DNA of 64,000 nt from a virus, in IMG/VR virus record IMGVR_UViG_3300020202_000892, positions 1,667 through 65,666 of that record; one strand, given 5' to 3'. Both the position numbers and the translations under genes were made by a program. The notes under the pieces are model-generated. The model was given only the letters and a program-made list of their open reading frames with translations, did no database searches and had not been told where the DNA came from. This document shows positions 46,228 through 54,700 of the stretch, piece by piece (the first letter of the stretch is position 1; each line of letters begins with the position of its first letter).

Positions 46228-46571
46228 GGCTCGATCATCTCCAGCCGCACCGACTCGGTGGTCTTGGTGAAGCGCTCGGCCAGCTCGGGCTCCTTGGCCT
46301 TGAGCGCCGTGGTGTCGATCCGGCGCGTGGTGACCGTGCGGACCCGCACCAGGAGCTGGCCGTCGACCGCGCCGAACTCGGCGTTGCGCTCGGCGACGTA
46401 CCCGACGATCTCGTCGCGGGTCTCCTTGAGCCGCTCGGCGATGTCGCGCTCCATCTCCTTGAGCTTGCGGTAGCGCGCGACCCGGTCGGCGATCGGGTAG
46501 ACGTCGACCGTCGCGGCGGTCTCCTCGGCGTTCTCGACGTTCTCCGGGGCATCCAGCTTGCCCAGCGTCAT
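46224..46571 (-). CDS. Recombination-associated coiled-coil protein
   Basis: RRIDTTALKAKEPELAERFTKTT motif, like YqaJ C-terminal regions. Confidence 0.6.
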   Translation of the reverse strand: MTLGKLDAPENVENAEETAATVDVYPIADRVARYRKLKEMERDIAERLKETRDEIVGYVAERNAEFGAVDGQLLVRVRTVTTRRIDTTALKAKEPELAERFTKTTESVRLEMIEP

Positions 46572-47329
46572 GACGGTTCCTTCCCGGGGCACAGGCCGTC
46601 GGCCTCGGCGCCCTTGAACTCGCAGAAGTAGCAGGCGCCGCCCGGGGTGGCCGGGACGCGCAGCGGGTGCACGCCCAGCTGCACGAACTCCTGCACCTGG
46701 CGCATGCGCTTGAGCGCGCGCAGCGCGGCGTCCAGGTCGAACGGCTCGGACCAGATATGCAGGTCGCTCAGGCGCTTGGACCGGCCGAAGAAGCCGATCC
46801 CGACCTTGTTGACCTTGTAACCGAGACGCAGATACCCGAGGCCGTAGCAGTGCGCCTGGGTGCGGTAGGTCTCGCTCGGGCCCTCGGTCGTGTACTTGCG
46901 GTACTGCGTCTCGCCGAGGATCTTCCAGTCCAACACCGTGCCGGTCGGCTCGTGGAAGCAGTCGCACGACCCACTCAGCCCGAAGCCGACGTCGACCCGG
47001 CGCTCCAGGTGCCACGGCGGCGCGGTGCCGGCCTGACGAGCGAGGTTGTTGGCGTGGGTGAAGGCGTCCGCCAGCCAGGCGTGCGTGGCCGTGCCGATGA
47101 TCGAGGGCCACGGGTCGTGCAGGTCGCGAGAGCGCTCGACGGCCGGGGACATCTTGTAGGCCAGCTGGCGCGCGCACGGGGTGCCGACCTCGGAGGGGCC
47201 CACGGCGCGCTGCAGGTTGCGGGGGGCGTTGGTCGCGAAGTTGCGGATCGTGTGGATGATCTCGGCGCGCAACCCGGTCTGATCCGGGTGCTGCACCTGC
47301 TTGGGGGGCGGCAGGCTACCGAGCGCCAT
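46568..47329 (-). CDS. Cas4-like PD-(D/E)xK exonuclease
   Basis: SEVGTPCARQ, GTATH, GSCD, VLDWK, QAHCY, CYFC...C. Confidence 0.85.
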   Translation of the reverse strand: MALGSLPPPKQVQHPDQTGLRAEIIHTIRNFATNAPRNLQRAVGPSEVGTPCARQLAYKMSPAVERSRDLHDPWPSIIGTATHAWLADAFTHANNLARQAGTAPPWHLERRVDVGFGLSGSCDCFHEPTGTVLDWKILGETQYRKYTTEGPSETYRTQAHCYGLGYLRLGYKVNKVGIGFFGRSKRLSDLHIWSEPFDLDAALRALKRMRQVQEFVQLGVHPLRVPATPGGACYFCEFKGAEADGLCPGKEPS

Positions 47330-47561
47330 CGAGGTCCCCGATCTGAGTGGAGAGGGCGCCCAGCGCGTCGTAGAGCTCGTTCGACTGCAGCCGCACCGTG
47401 TGGCGCGGGGCCGGCGGCATCTCCACCCACGCCGACCGCACGTCGTCGGCCAGCCCGTACAGCCGACGCACCTCGGCGGCGAGCGCGGCCGTCACCGGGT
47501 CGCCTTCCATGGTGTTCGCGATCTGCAGCGCCCACCTCACGCTGATTCCGGCGGCCATCAC
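47316..47561 (-). CDS. Hypothetical protein
   Basis: ORF track; overlaps. Confidence 0.5.
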   Translation of the reverse strand: MMAAGISVRWALQIANTMEGDPVTAALAAEVRRLYGLADDVRSAWVEMPPAPRHTVRLQSNELYDALGALSTQIGDLDGAR

Positions 47562-47743
47562 GCGCTCCGGATCGGCGCGACCAGCTCGTCGAGCGCGCCC
47601 GCCTTCACCGCGGTGACGAACTCACGCAGCTCCGCGCCGGTGACGGCCACGTTGACGTGCCGGTTGATCGTGCTGTGGATCCGGAACCAGTCGGCGCCGA
47701 TGGGCACGATCTCGACGAACGTGGGTTCGCTGTGGATCTTCAT
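47558..47743 (-). CDS. DUF397-like small protein
   Basis: FVEI...FRIHST...ELREFVTAVKAGALD. Confidence 0.55.
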   Translation of the reverse strand: MKIHSEPTFVEIVPIGADWFRIHSTINRHVNVAVTGAELREFVTAVKAGALDELVAPIRSA

Positions 47744-47805
47744 GTGTCCTCCCGGACGGAGGAGGCCCGGTAGCCGAGAGGGGACGCGGCTACCGGGCCT
47801 CTGGC

Positions 47806-48501
47806 TCACTTCAGGGCGGCGATCGCAGCCTCGAGGTCGGCATCGGACATCGCGGGCTGCGCGGGAGCGGCGTTCCCACCCGTATCCGAACCGCCCTGGG
47901 CGGCCAGTGCCGCCGCGAGCTGGGCCTGCAGCGCCTCAATCGCGGCGTTGCCGTTGGTGACCGGGTTGGTGACCTTCTGCGCGAGCGGCTGAGCCTGCAC
48001 CGCCCGCGCACCACCCTGCAGCGCGGCCAGCGCGGCGGCCATCGGGTCGACGGTCGGCGCACCGGCGGTGGCGACCTGCTCGGCCTCGTGCTTCGCGCGC
48101 TCCTGGTCGACGCGGGTGGGGTACTTCGCATCCCAGGCGCCGGCCAACTGCAGCGCCGGGCCCTCCAGCGGGACGAGCACGTAGTAGGAGTTGCCCGCGG
48201 CCGAGCTTGTCGCCTGGATCATCACCGGGAGCCGAGTCGGCTCGGTCCCGTCGGTGGGCACGTGCTCCTTGATCGCGTCGACCATCGCCCCGCCACCCCA
48301 GATCACCGAGATGTGCACGGTGTCGGCCAGCAGGTCGACCACGTCGACGATCACGACGTCCTTGGGGTTGGGGAAGCGCTGGGTCGTGAAGTTGGCGCGG
48401 AACTCGCGCGGGACCACGATCAGCGGCTTGCCCGCGTTGACTCGCGGGTCGAACGAAGAGGCCTTGCCCTTCGCCTTGAGCGTGTAGGTGCCGAGTGCCA
48501 T
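47806..48501 (-). CDS. Probable ssDNA-binding/recombination protein
   Basis: Beta-rich N-terminus and flexible tail; located between exonuclease and helicase. Confidence 0.5.
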   Translation of the reverse strand: MALGTYTLKAKGKASSFDPRVNAGKPLIVVPREFRANFTTQRFPNPKDVVIVDVVDLLADTVHISVIWGGGAMVDAIKEHVPTDGTEPTRLPVMIQATSSAAGNSYYVLVPLEGPALQLAGAWDAKYPTRVDQERAKHEAEQVATAGAPTVDPMAAALAALQGGARAVQAQPLAQKVTNPVTNGNAAIEALQAQLAAALAAQGGSDTGGNAAPAQPAMSDADLEAAIAALK

Positions 48502-48595
48502 CTGGCCCTCTCCCGTCTCTTGTGGATCTCTCTCGCGTCTCTGTCACTCTGACCACAGTCTCTACGACTGCGACGTATGTATCTTACCACGGTTG

Positions 48596-50866
48596 TCACG
48601 CAGACGGTACCGTCACCTGCTGCATCACCCACGCTCCGAGGCCGTCCACATTGGTCTGGTACTGCCCGACGGTGATCACATCGGCGACGTAGCCCGCAGT
48701 GGCGTCATCCGGGATCTCGTGGTGTGGATCGACCCGGCGAGCGACCGCGCGAGCCGGTGCCCCGGGGGCGGACTCCTTGCGTCGCCACGAGGCGTTCGGG
48801 TCGATCAGGTTGACCGCGCCGGATTCATCGGCGGCGCGCTGAACGATCAGCCGATACGCGTCGTCCTCGCTGCGCAGCACGCCGGAGATCGTGTCCACCA
48901 CGCCGGTCTTGGCCACCTGGATCACCGGCTGCCACGCAGTACCGCCGTCCGGGGCTGGCACCGCGACGGCGACCAGCAACGCGGCCACCTCGGCCTTCGA
49001 GGCCCGGAACAGGCTCGCCCCGTTGCCGGAATCGGCCCCGGAGTGCACCGGCAGCCACAGGTGCCCGGCGCCGGAGCGGAAGCACCAGCCGTGCCGCGCG
49101 GGGTGGCTCGGGCGGCGCGAGCGCGGCCCGCCGCGGACCTTGAGCCCCTGCACCTCACCAGGGGCCGGCGGCGTGTAGTGCTCGCCCTCCTCGCCGAACA
49201 GCTCCCCGCGCACCGTGCCGACGTAGCCGGTCACCATCGCGCGCGCGACCTCACCCTCGGGCTCCTCGCGTAGCGCGGTCAGGGCGTCGCGCATCCCGTC
49301 CTTGAGCACCTCGAGCCGGCCAAGGACCAGCCGCGCCGCGGCGACCTCCTCGGCCAGATGCGACTCGGTGGCCGAGAGCTCGTCGAGCGGCTGCTCCTGG
49401 GTGGCCTGCAGACCTCGGTCGACGGCCGTGGTGGTGTGGTCGAAGACCTGCGGGAGCAGCGGCTCGGCGCGCTGCACGAACTCGTCCAGGCCAGGCAGCT
49501 TCTTGACCAGTGCCTCGGCCGTGAGGCGCATCTGCTCGACGGCGCGCTCGGCGCGCTCCTGGGTGGTGCGGGCGTGGGCGACGTGCGCCGTGATCCGGTC
49601 CAGACGGCCTTGGCGGGCGCGCGCGGTGCGGTCGAGCAGCTCGACGAGGTTCTCGTCCCGGCTCGCGGTGAGCACCTCGTGGTCGGTCAGCGCCTCGATC
49701 CCGACCAGCGTGTGCCCGTCGGAGGCGCCCGCGACGTCGAGCACGATCGCGTGGTCCTTGCCCGGGGCCGGGCGCAGCGCGCGACCGATCGCCTGCCGGA
49801 AGAAGATGCGGCTCTTGGTGGGCCGGGCCAGCACCACCGTGTCGATCTCCGGGATGTCGAAGCCCTCGCCGATGATGCCCACGTTGGACAGCCAGCGGAT
49901 CTCGTCGTTGCGGAAGGCTTTGATCACCTTGTCCCGCTCCGGGGTGGCCATCGTGCCGTCCACGTGCCCGCAACGCTCACCCATCGCGGTGACCCGCTCG
50001 GCCAGGTAGCGCGAGCTGGCCACGGTCGGTGCGAAGATCGCGCCCTTGCGCCCGGCGAGCTCGGTGGCGATCGCCTCGGCCACGATGTCGAACGCGCCGG
50101 AACGCTCCATCGCCGCGGCCAGGTCGGCCTCCCGGAAGTCGACCGCGCCCGAGCGCATCGAGGTGGGCACCTCCGACAGGTCCAGCCCGTCCACGATCAG
50201 GTGCCGCAATTGCGGCGGGACGAGGTAGCCCGCACCGGGCGCGCACTCCTTCTCGCCACCGGCGCCGTCGTCTGCGTGCGTGATCAACCACGAGATGTCG
50301 ATTGAAGCGACGATCGCCTCGAAGATGTCGGAGAAGTCGCGGTGGTCCTCGCGGAACGGGGTCGCGGTCACCCCCAGCGTGCGAATGCCGGAGAACGCGC
50401 CCAGCGCGGTGAGCACGCGCTTGAACATGTCCGCGGCGAAGTGGTGCGCCTCGTCGCAGATGATCAGGCTGGGGTCCGGGAAGACGGCCATCGTCGAGCG
50501 CGAGGCCAGGGTCTGCACGGTGGACACCAGCACGTCGGCCCGGCGCCAGGTGGCCAGCGCCTTGGCGCGGCGCGTAGATCGTTCCGGACCCGGGGAGCCG
50601 ATCACCGTCGCCACGCGGAGATCGGGGTTCGCCCGGGAGAAGTGCCCGGCGGCCTGGGTGACCAGCTCGCGGCGGTGCGCCAGCAGCACGACCGGCCCGG
50701 CGTCGCGGTGGTGGGACAGGTGCCGGCGCGCGACGTCGCCGAAGATCACGCTCTTCCCGGCCCCGGTGGCCGCGGAGATCGCGGGGCGCATCATCCCGGC
50801 GTCCCACGCGGAGAAGATCGCCTCGACGGTGCGCAGCTGGTAGGGCCGCAGGGTAGGTGCGGTCAT
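48596..50866 (-). CDS. SF2 DEAD/DEAH-box helicase with long C-terminal extension
   Basis: LRPYQ, ATGAGKS, DEAHH, VTATPFR, GEGFDIP, QAIGRALR. Confidence 0.92.
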   Translation of the reverse strand: MTAPTLRPYQLRTVEAIFSAWDAGMMRPAISAATGAGKSVIFGDVARRHLSHHRDAGPVVLLAHRRELVTQAAGHFSRANPDLRVATVIGSPGPERSTRRAKALATWRRADVLVSTVQTLASRSTMAVFPDPSLIICDEAHHFAADMFKRVLTALGAFSGIRTLGVTATPFREDHRDFSDIFEAIVASIDISWLITHADDGAGGEKECAPGAGYLVPPQLRHLIVDGLDLSEVPTSMRSGAVDFREADLAAAMERSGAFDIVAEAIATELAGRKGAIFAPTVASSRYLAERVTAMGERCGHVDGTMATPERDKVIKAFRNDEIRWLSNVGIIGEGFDIPEIDTVVLARPTKSRIFFRQAIGRALRPAPGKDHAIVLDVAGASDGHTLVGIEALTDHEVLTASRDENLVELLDRTARARQGRLDRITAHVAHARTTQERAERAVEQMRLTAEALVKKLPGLDEFVQRAEPLLPQVFDHTTTAVDRGLQATQEQPLDELSATESHLAEEVAAARLVLGRLEVLKDGMRDALTALREEPEGEVARAMVTGYVGTVRGELFGEEGEHYTPPAPGEVQGLKVRGGPRSRRPSHPARHGWCFRSGAGHLWLPVHSGADSGNGASLFRASKAEVAALLVAVAVPAPDGGTAWQPVIQVAKTGVVDTISGVLRSEDDAYRLIVQRAADESGAVNLIDPNASWRRKESAPGAPARAVARRVDPHHEIPDDATAGYVADVITVGQYQTNVDGLGAWVMQQVTVPSA

Positions 50867-51006
50867 CGGTCGACCGGCTGCCACTCGTGACCGTCCCAGC
50901 GCCAGATCCGACCCCTCCAGCGCCGGAGAGCTCCGTCGGATCGGATCACCGCGAAGTCGTGCGGTGGGATGTCGTGGGGCGGGCGTTCGTCATCGGGGGC
51001 CGTCAT
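50863..51006 (-). CDS. Small hypothetical protein (47 aa)
   Basis: AGGAGG RBS; ATGA overlap with helicase start. Confidence 0.55.
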   Translation of the reverse strand: MTAPDDERPPHDIPPHDFAVIRSDGALRRWRGRIWRWDGHEWQPVDR

Positions 51007-51069
51007 CGGCCGTCTCCTCCTGCAGAGGGTGGTCTCGTCTCACTGGTGCCAGTCGTGGCATTCGTCCAC

Positions 51070-51099
51070 ATGGTAGCATCTGACCGCAACGAGGCGCAA
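51070..51099 (-). promoter_or_regulatory. Leftward promoter for the helicase operon
   Basis: Minus strand reads TTGCGC-18 nt-TACCAT. Confidence 0.55.
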
Positions 51100-51122
51100 A
51101 GAGCGGACAAACTGGAGGTAGG

Positions 51123-51323
51123 ATGCCCGTCATGGAGGCAGTCATGGAGCGGTGGATGGGCCGGAACGAGGCGGCGGCGTACCTCAAGGTCAGCGTTCGG
51201 ACGTTCGACCGGCTGGTGCGCGAGGGCAAGGTCCACAAGTTCTCGGCGACGGGCCGGCGGCAGGCACTGTTCGACCGCCAGCAGCTCGACGCCTACGTGC
51301 AGAGCCAGAGGCAGAAGCCATGA
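51123..51323 (+). CDS. Excisionase-like (HTH_17) DNA-binding protein
   Basis: WMGRNEAAAYLKVSVRTFDRLVREG...FDRQQLDAYV. Confidence 0.85.
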   Translation: MPVMEAVMERWMGRNEAAAYLKVSVRTFDRLVREGKVHKFSATGRRQALFDRQQLDAYVQSQRQKP

Positions 51324-51628
51324 CCGAGCTGTCGCCCACCCAGGTCGCGCTGCGCGAGCTCACGATGCTCACGAAGTGCTATTGCGACGGAGAGCATCCG
51401 CGGCTGGGGCACAACTGCAGCTTCCGGCCCGACGTCCTGACGCTGGTGACCAACATCGGCAACGTGCTCAAGCTCTGCGATGAGCGCAGCGGGCTGTGGG
51501 ACGACGGTCGCATCCCGGCCGAGGACGTCCGGCGCACGCTGCTGGGGCTGTCCACAGGAGACGGCGGCGCAACCGATGACCCGCCGTGGAGTAACGAGGA
51601 GGGGGAGGGGCCTTCCATGCCGGGATAG
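51320..51628 (+). CDS. Hypothetical protein
   Basis: ATGA overlap; CYC...HNC motif. Confidence 0.6.
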   Translation: MTELSPTQVALRELTMLTKCYCDGEHPRLGHNCSFRPDVLTLVTNIGNVLKLCDERSGLWDDGRIPAEDVRRTLLGLSTGDGGATDDPPWSNEEGEGPSMPG

Positions 51629-51776
51629 GCTCACCGACACCTCACGCCGCGACGCTCCCCAACGTCCCGCGGCGGGGGTGCTGCCGACCTCCAGACGTGA
51701 GACGGCCGGATCCGGGTGCTGGCAACACCTGGTCGGATCCGGCCGTCGACGCCTCAGCAGAAAGCGCAGGTACAGC

Positions 51777-54700
51777 ATGTCATACCCCGACCCGTCGCAC
51801 GACGAGGTCCCGCAACACGTCACTCCGTTCAGCCCTCTGGCTTCGGAGAAGTTCCGCCGCTCCGGTCTGGACGAGGACTTCGTTCGGTCCATGGGAGTGC
51901 GCCCGGTCCTGACCCCCGACGACCTCCCCGAGGGGATCCGGGGGGAGAACTACGCGCCCGTGCCGGGGGTGCTGTTCCCGTGGTCGGACGGCCCCGACTC
52001 GGAGAAGGTCTGGCAGTACCGACCCGACAAGCCGGTGGAGGAGGGGCTCAAGTACGTCTTCCCCAAGGGCCGCCACCAGCCGTTCGGACTGGTTCGCCCG
52101 GCCAGCCGGTACCCGCAGCGCATCGCGATCGTCGAGGGCACGTTGCAGAGCCTGGTCATGGCGCGCTACGCGCCGGATGACGTGGCGGTCTACGCCATCC
52201 CCGGCTGCTGGGGTTGGTCACACGAGGAGAAGCCGGCATCGGGCCTGGGCGTGGTCGACGGGTCGGACGTGTACGTCTTCCTGGACGCGGATGCCGGCAC
52301 GAAGATCGACGTCTACACCGCGGGGGCCGAGCTGGAGAAGGCGTTGCGCGCACGCGGCGCGGCGGATGTCTGGTTCGCCCGGCTGCCGGTGCGCGGGTCC
52401 AACGGGGTCGACGACTTCCTCGGCTCGGTGGAACCGGAGGGGCGGGCGAAGGCGGTCGGCGCGCTGCTGGAAGGTGCGAAGCACAAGCCGGCCGACGCGA
52501 AGCCGAAGGGCAAGACGCGTCGGGGGAACGACCTGTTCCCGACCAACGACACCATCCTCGCCACCACCTGGGCCGACCAGAACCGCGACGTGTTCCGGTG
52601 GCTGGCCGACGACGAGGGGTGGATGCGGTTCCGGTTGGGTCGGTGGGAGGAGACCGGGCCGAGCGTGGTCGGCTCCTCGGTGGGCGTGTTCCTGGCCGGA
52701 GTCGCCGAGGCCTACCAGGCCGAGGGTGATGACGACGAGGTCAAGACGTTGCTCTCGCAGAGCAAGCTCGCCGCGGTGCGCGCACGGGCCAGCGCCTACG
52801 ACGCGATCCACGTGCAGCGCGCCCAGCTCGACCGGCACCCGCGGCTGTGGAACGCAGGTAACGGGGTGATCGACCTCGAGTCCGGCGGGTTCTTCGAGCA
52901 CGACCCGAACCTGATGATGACCACCGGTTCGGATGTGCCCTACCTGCCGGACGCGGCGTGCCCACGGTTCGACGAGTTCTTCGCCGACATCCTCCCCGAC
53001 GAGGAGGTGCGCGCGTTCCTGCTGCGGCTGTTCGGCGTGGCGATGTTCGGCGAGGTGCGCGGGGACGCGCAGATCTTCCCGGTGCTCATCGGCGAGGGAC
53101 GCAACGGCAAGGGCGCGCTCGTGCGGATCATGGAGAAGCTGTTCGGTCGGCACGCGGTGAAGGTGTCAGCCTCGGCGCTGCTGGAGCGCAAGTTCGAGGC
53201 GCACTCCCAGGAGGTGATCAAGCTCCGCGGGAAGCGCCTGGCGACGGCCGAGGAGACCTCGCAGAACGCCCGCTGGGACACCGCGCGGATCAAGAGCTGG
53301 ACCGGCGGGGACACGCTGGTCGGCCGGTTCATGATGCAGAACGACGAGGAGTTCGTCCCGTCGCACACCCTGCTGATGTCGACCAACCACCGGCCGAACG
53401 TGTCGATGGACGAGTCGGCGTTCTGGATGCGCTACCGGGAGGTCCCCTTCACCGTCTCCGTCGAGGGGCGCGAGGACCCCACGCTCGAGCCGCACATCAT
53501 CGGCCAGGAGCTGCCCGGGGTGCTCAACCGCCTGTTGGCTGGCGTCCGGGACTACCTGGATCGCGGGCTCGCGGCACCGGCCGCGGTGGTGGTGGCCACC
53601 GAGGAGGCCCGCGCCGAGACCAACCGCCTGGCGATCTTCGCCGAGGAGATGCTGGTCGTCACGAACGACGAGAACGACCGCGTCCTGCACGCCGACATGC
53701 GCGACCGCGCCGAGAAGTGGTGGTCACAGCACGTGAGGAACGAGCCGTTCCCGTCGGACCGCGGACGGGGCAAGTTCGTCCCGCTGCTGCGCTCCGCGCT
53801 CGGTCTCGTCGAGGGCGTCGTGGGCAACCCGCGGCCCATCGGGAAGGGCAGCGGGCAGCGCACCACGTGGGTCGGGGTGCGGTGGCTCGGGGACGGCGGA
53901 GGGGGCTCCAGGGGGTCTGCCCCATTGCTTCCGCTCAATAGGGCAGACCTGGCCCCGGCGGCCCCTGCACCGGCCGAAGGTCACGAGAAGGTCACGGAGG
54001 CGCCGGAGGGGGGTCTGCCCCATTCCGACGGGGGGTCTGCCCTAAAGTCTGCCCCATCAAATGATCTTGACGATGACAACATCGCAGGTCAAGAGGTGGT
54101 TTCTGAACGGTCTGCCCCATCTGCCCCAAGAAAGGTCCTTGTCTCGCATATAGGAAGAGATGAAGAGGGGTACTTGAACGGTTCAGAAGGTGATGTGTGT
54201 GTCGTAGGGGCGAGTACAGATAGGGCAATAGGGCAGACGGCCCCCCATGGGGCAGCCCCGGCGGCGCTCGGCGACCCCGTCGTCTTCGACCTGGAGACCG
54301 CCGACGCCGAGCACCTGTACGACCACCCGGACCCCCGCGGGTTCGTCAGGATCGCCGGTCGGACCACCCCTGACGGAGTGGTCGTCGACGCCGGTCCGGA
54401 CGCCGTCATCGAGGCGGTGCTCTCGTCACGCCGCGTGATCGGGCACAACGTCGTGCACTTCGACCTGCCCGCGCTGGCTCGAGTCGACGGGAGGGTCGAC
54501 GTGCTCACGATGACGCGCGATCGCCGCGTGCTCGACACCATGATCACCGAGTCGGTGCTGCACCCGATCCTGAACGACAAGTCGGCGGGCGCGGTCGCGA
54601 AGGCCGCGAAGTGGTTCAAGCTCGACGCGGTGTGCGAGCGTCGTGGCATCGGCGGGAAGGTCGACGAGATCGCTCGGCTGGCGAAGCTGCACGGCGGGTT

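Noticed and set aside
46568-47329. Cas4 as evidence of a CRISPR system
   Set aside because: Solo Cas4-like exonucleases are common in actinophage recombination modules; it sits with RusA, a probable SSB and a helicase.
51123-51323. Excisionase implying an integration cassette
   Set aside because: No integrase or att-like site nearby; HTH_17 proteins are often generic regulators.
53890-54270. Intein or intron separating helicase and polymerase
   Set aside because: No intein splice motifs (N-terminal C/S, C-terminal HN) or homing endonuclease motifs; the repeats fit an origin or linker better.
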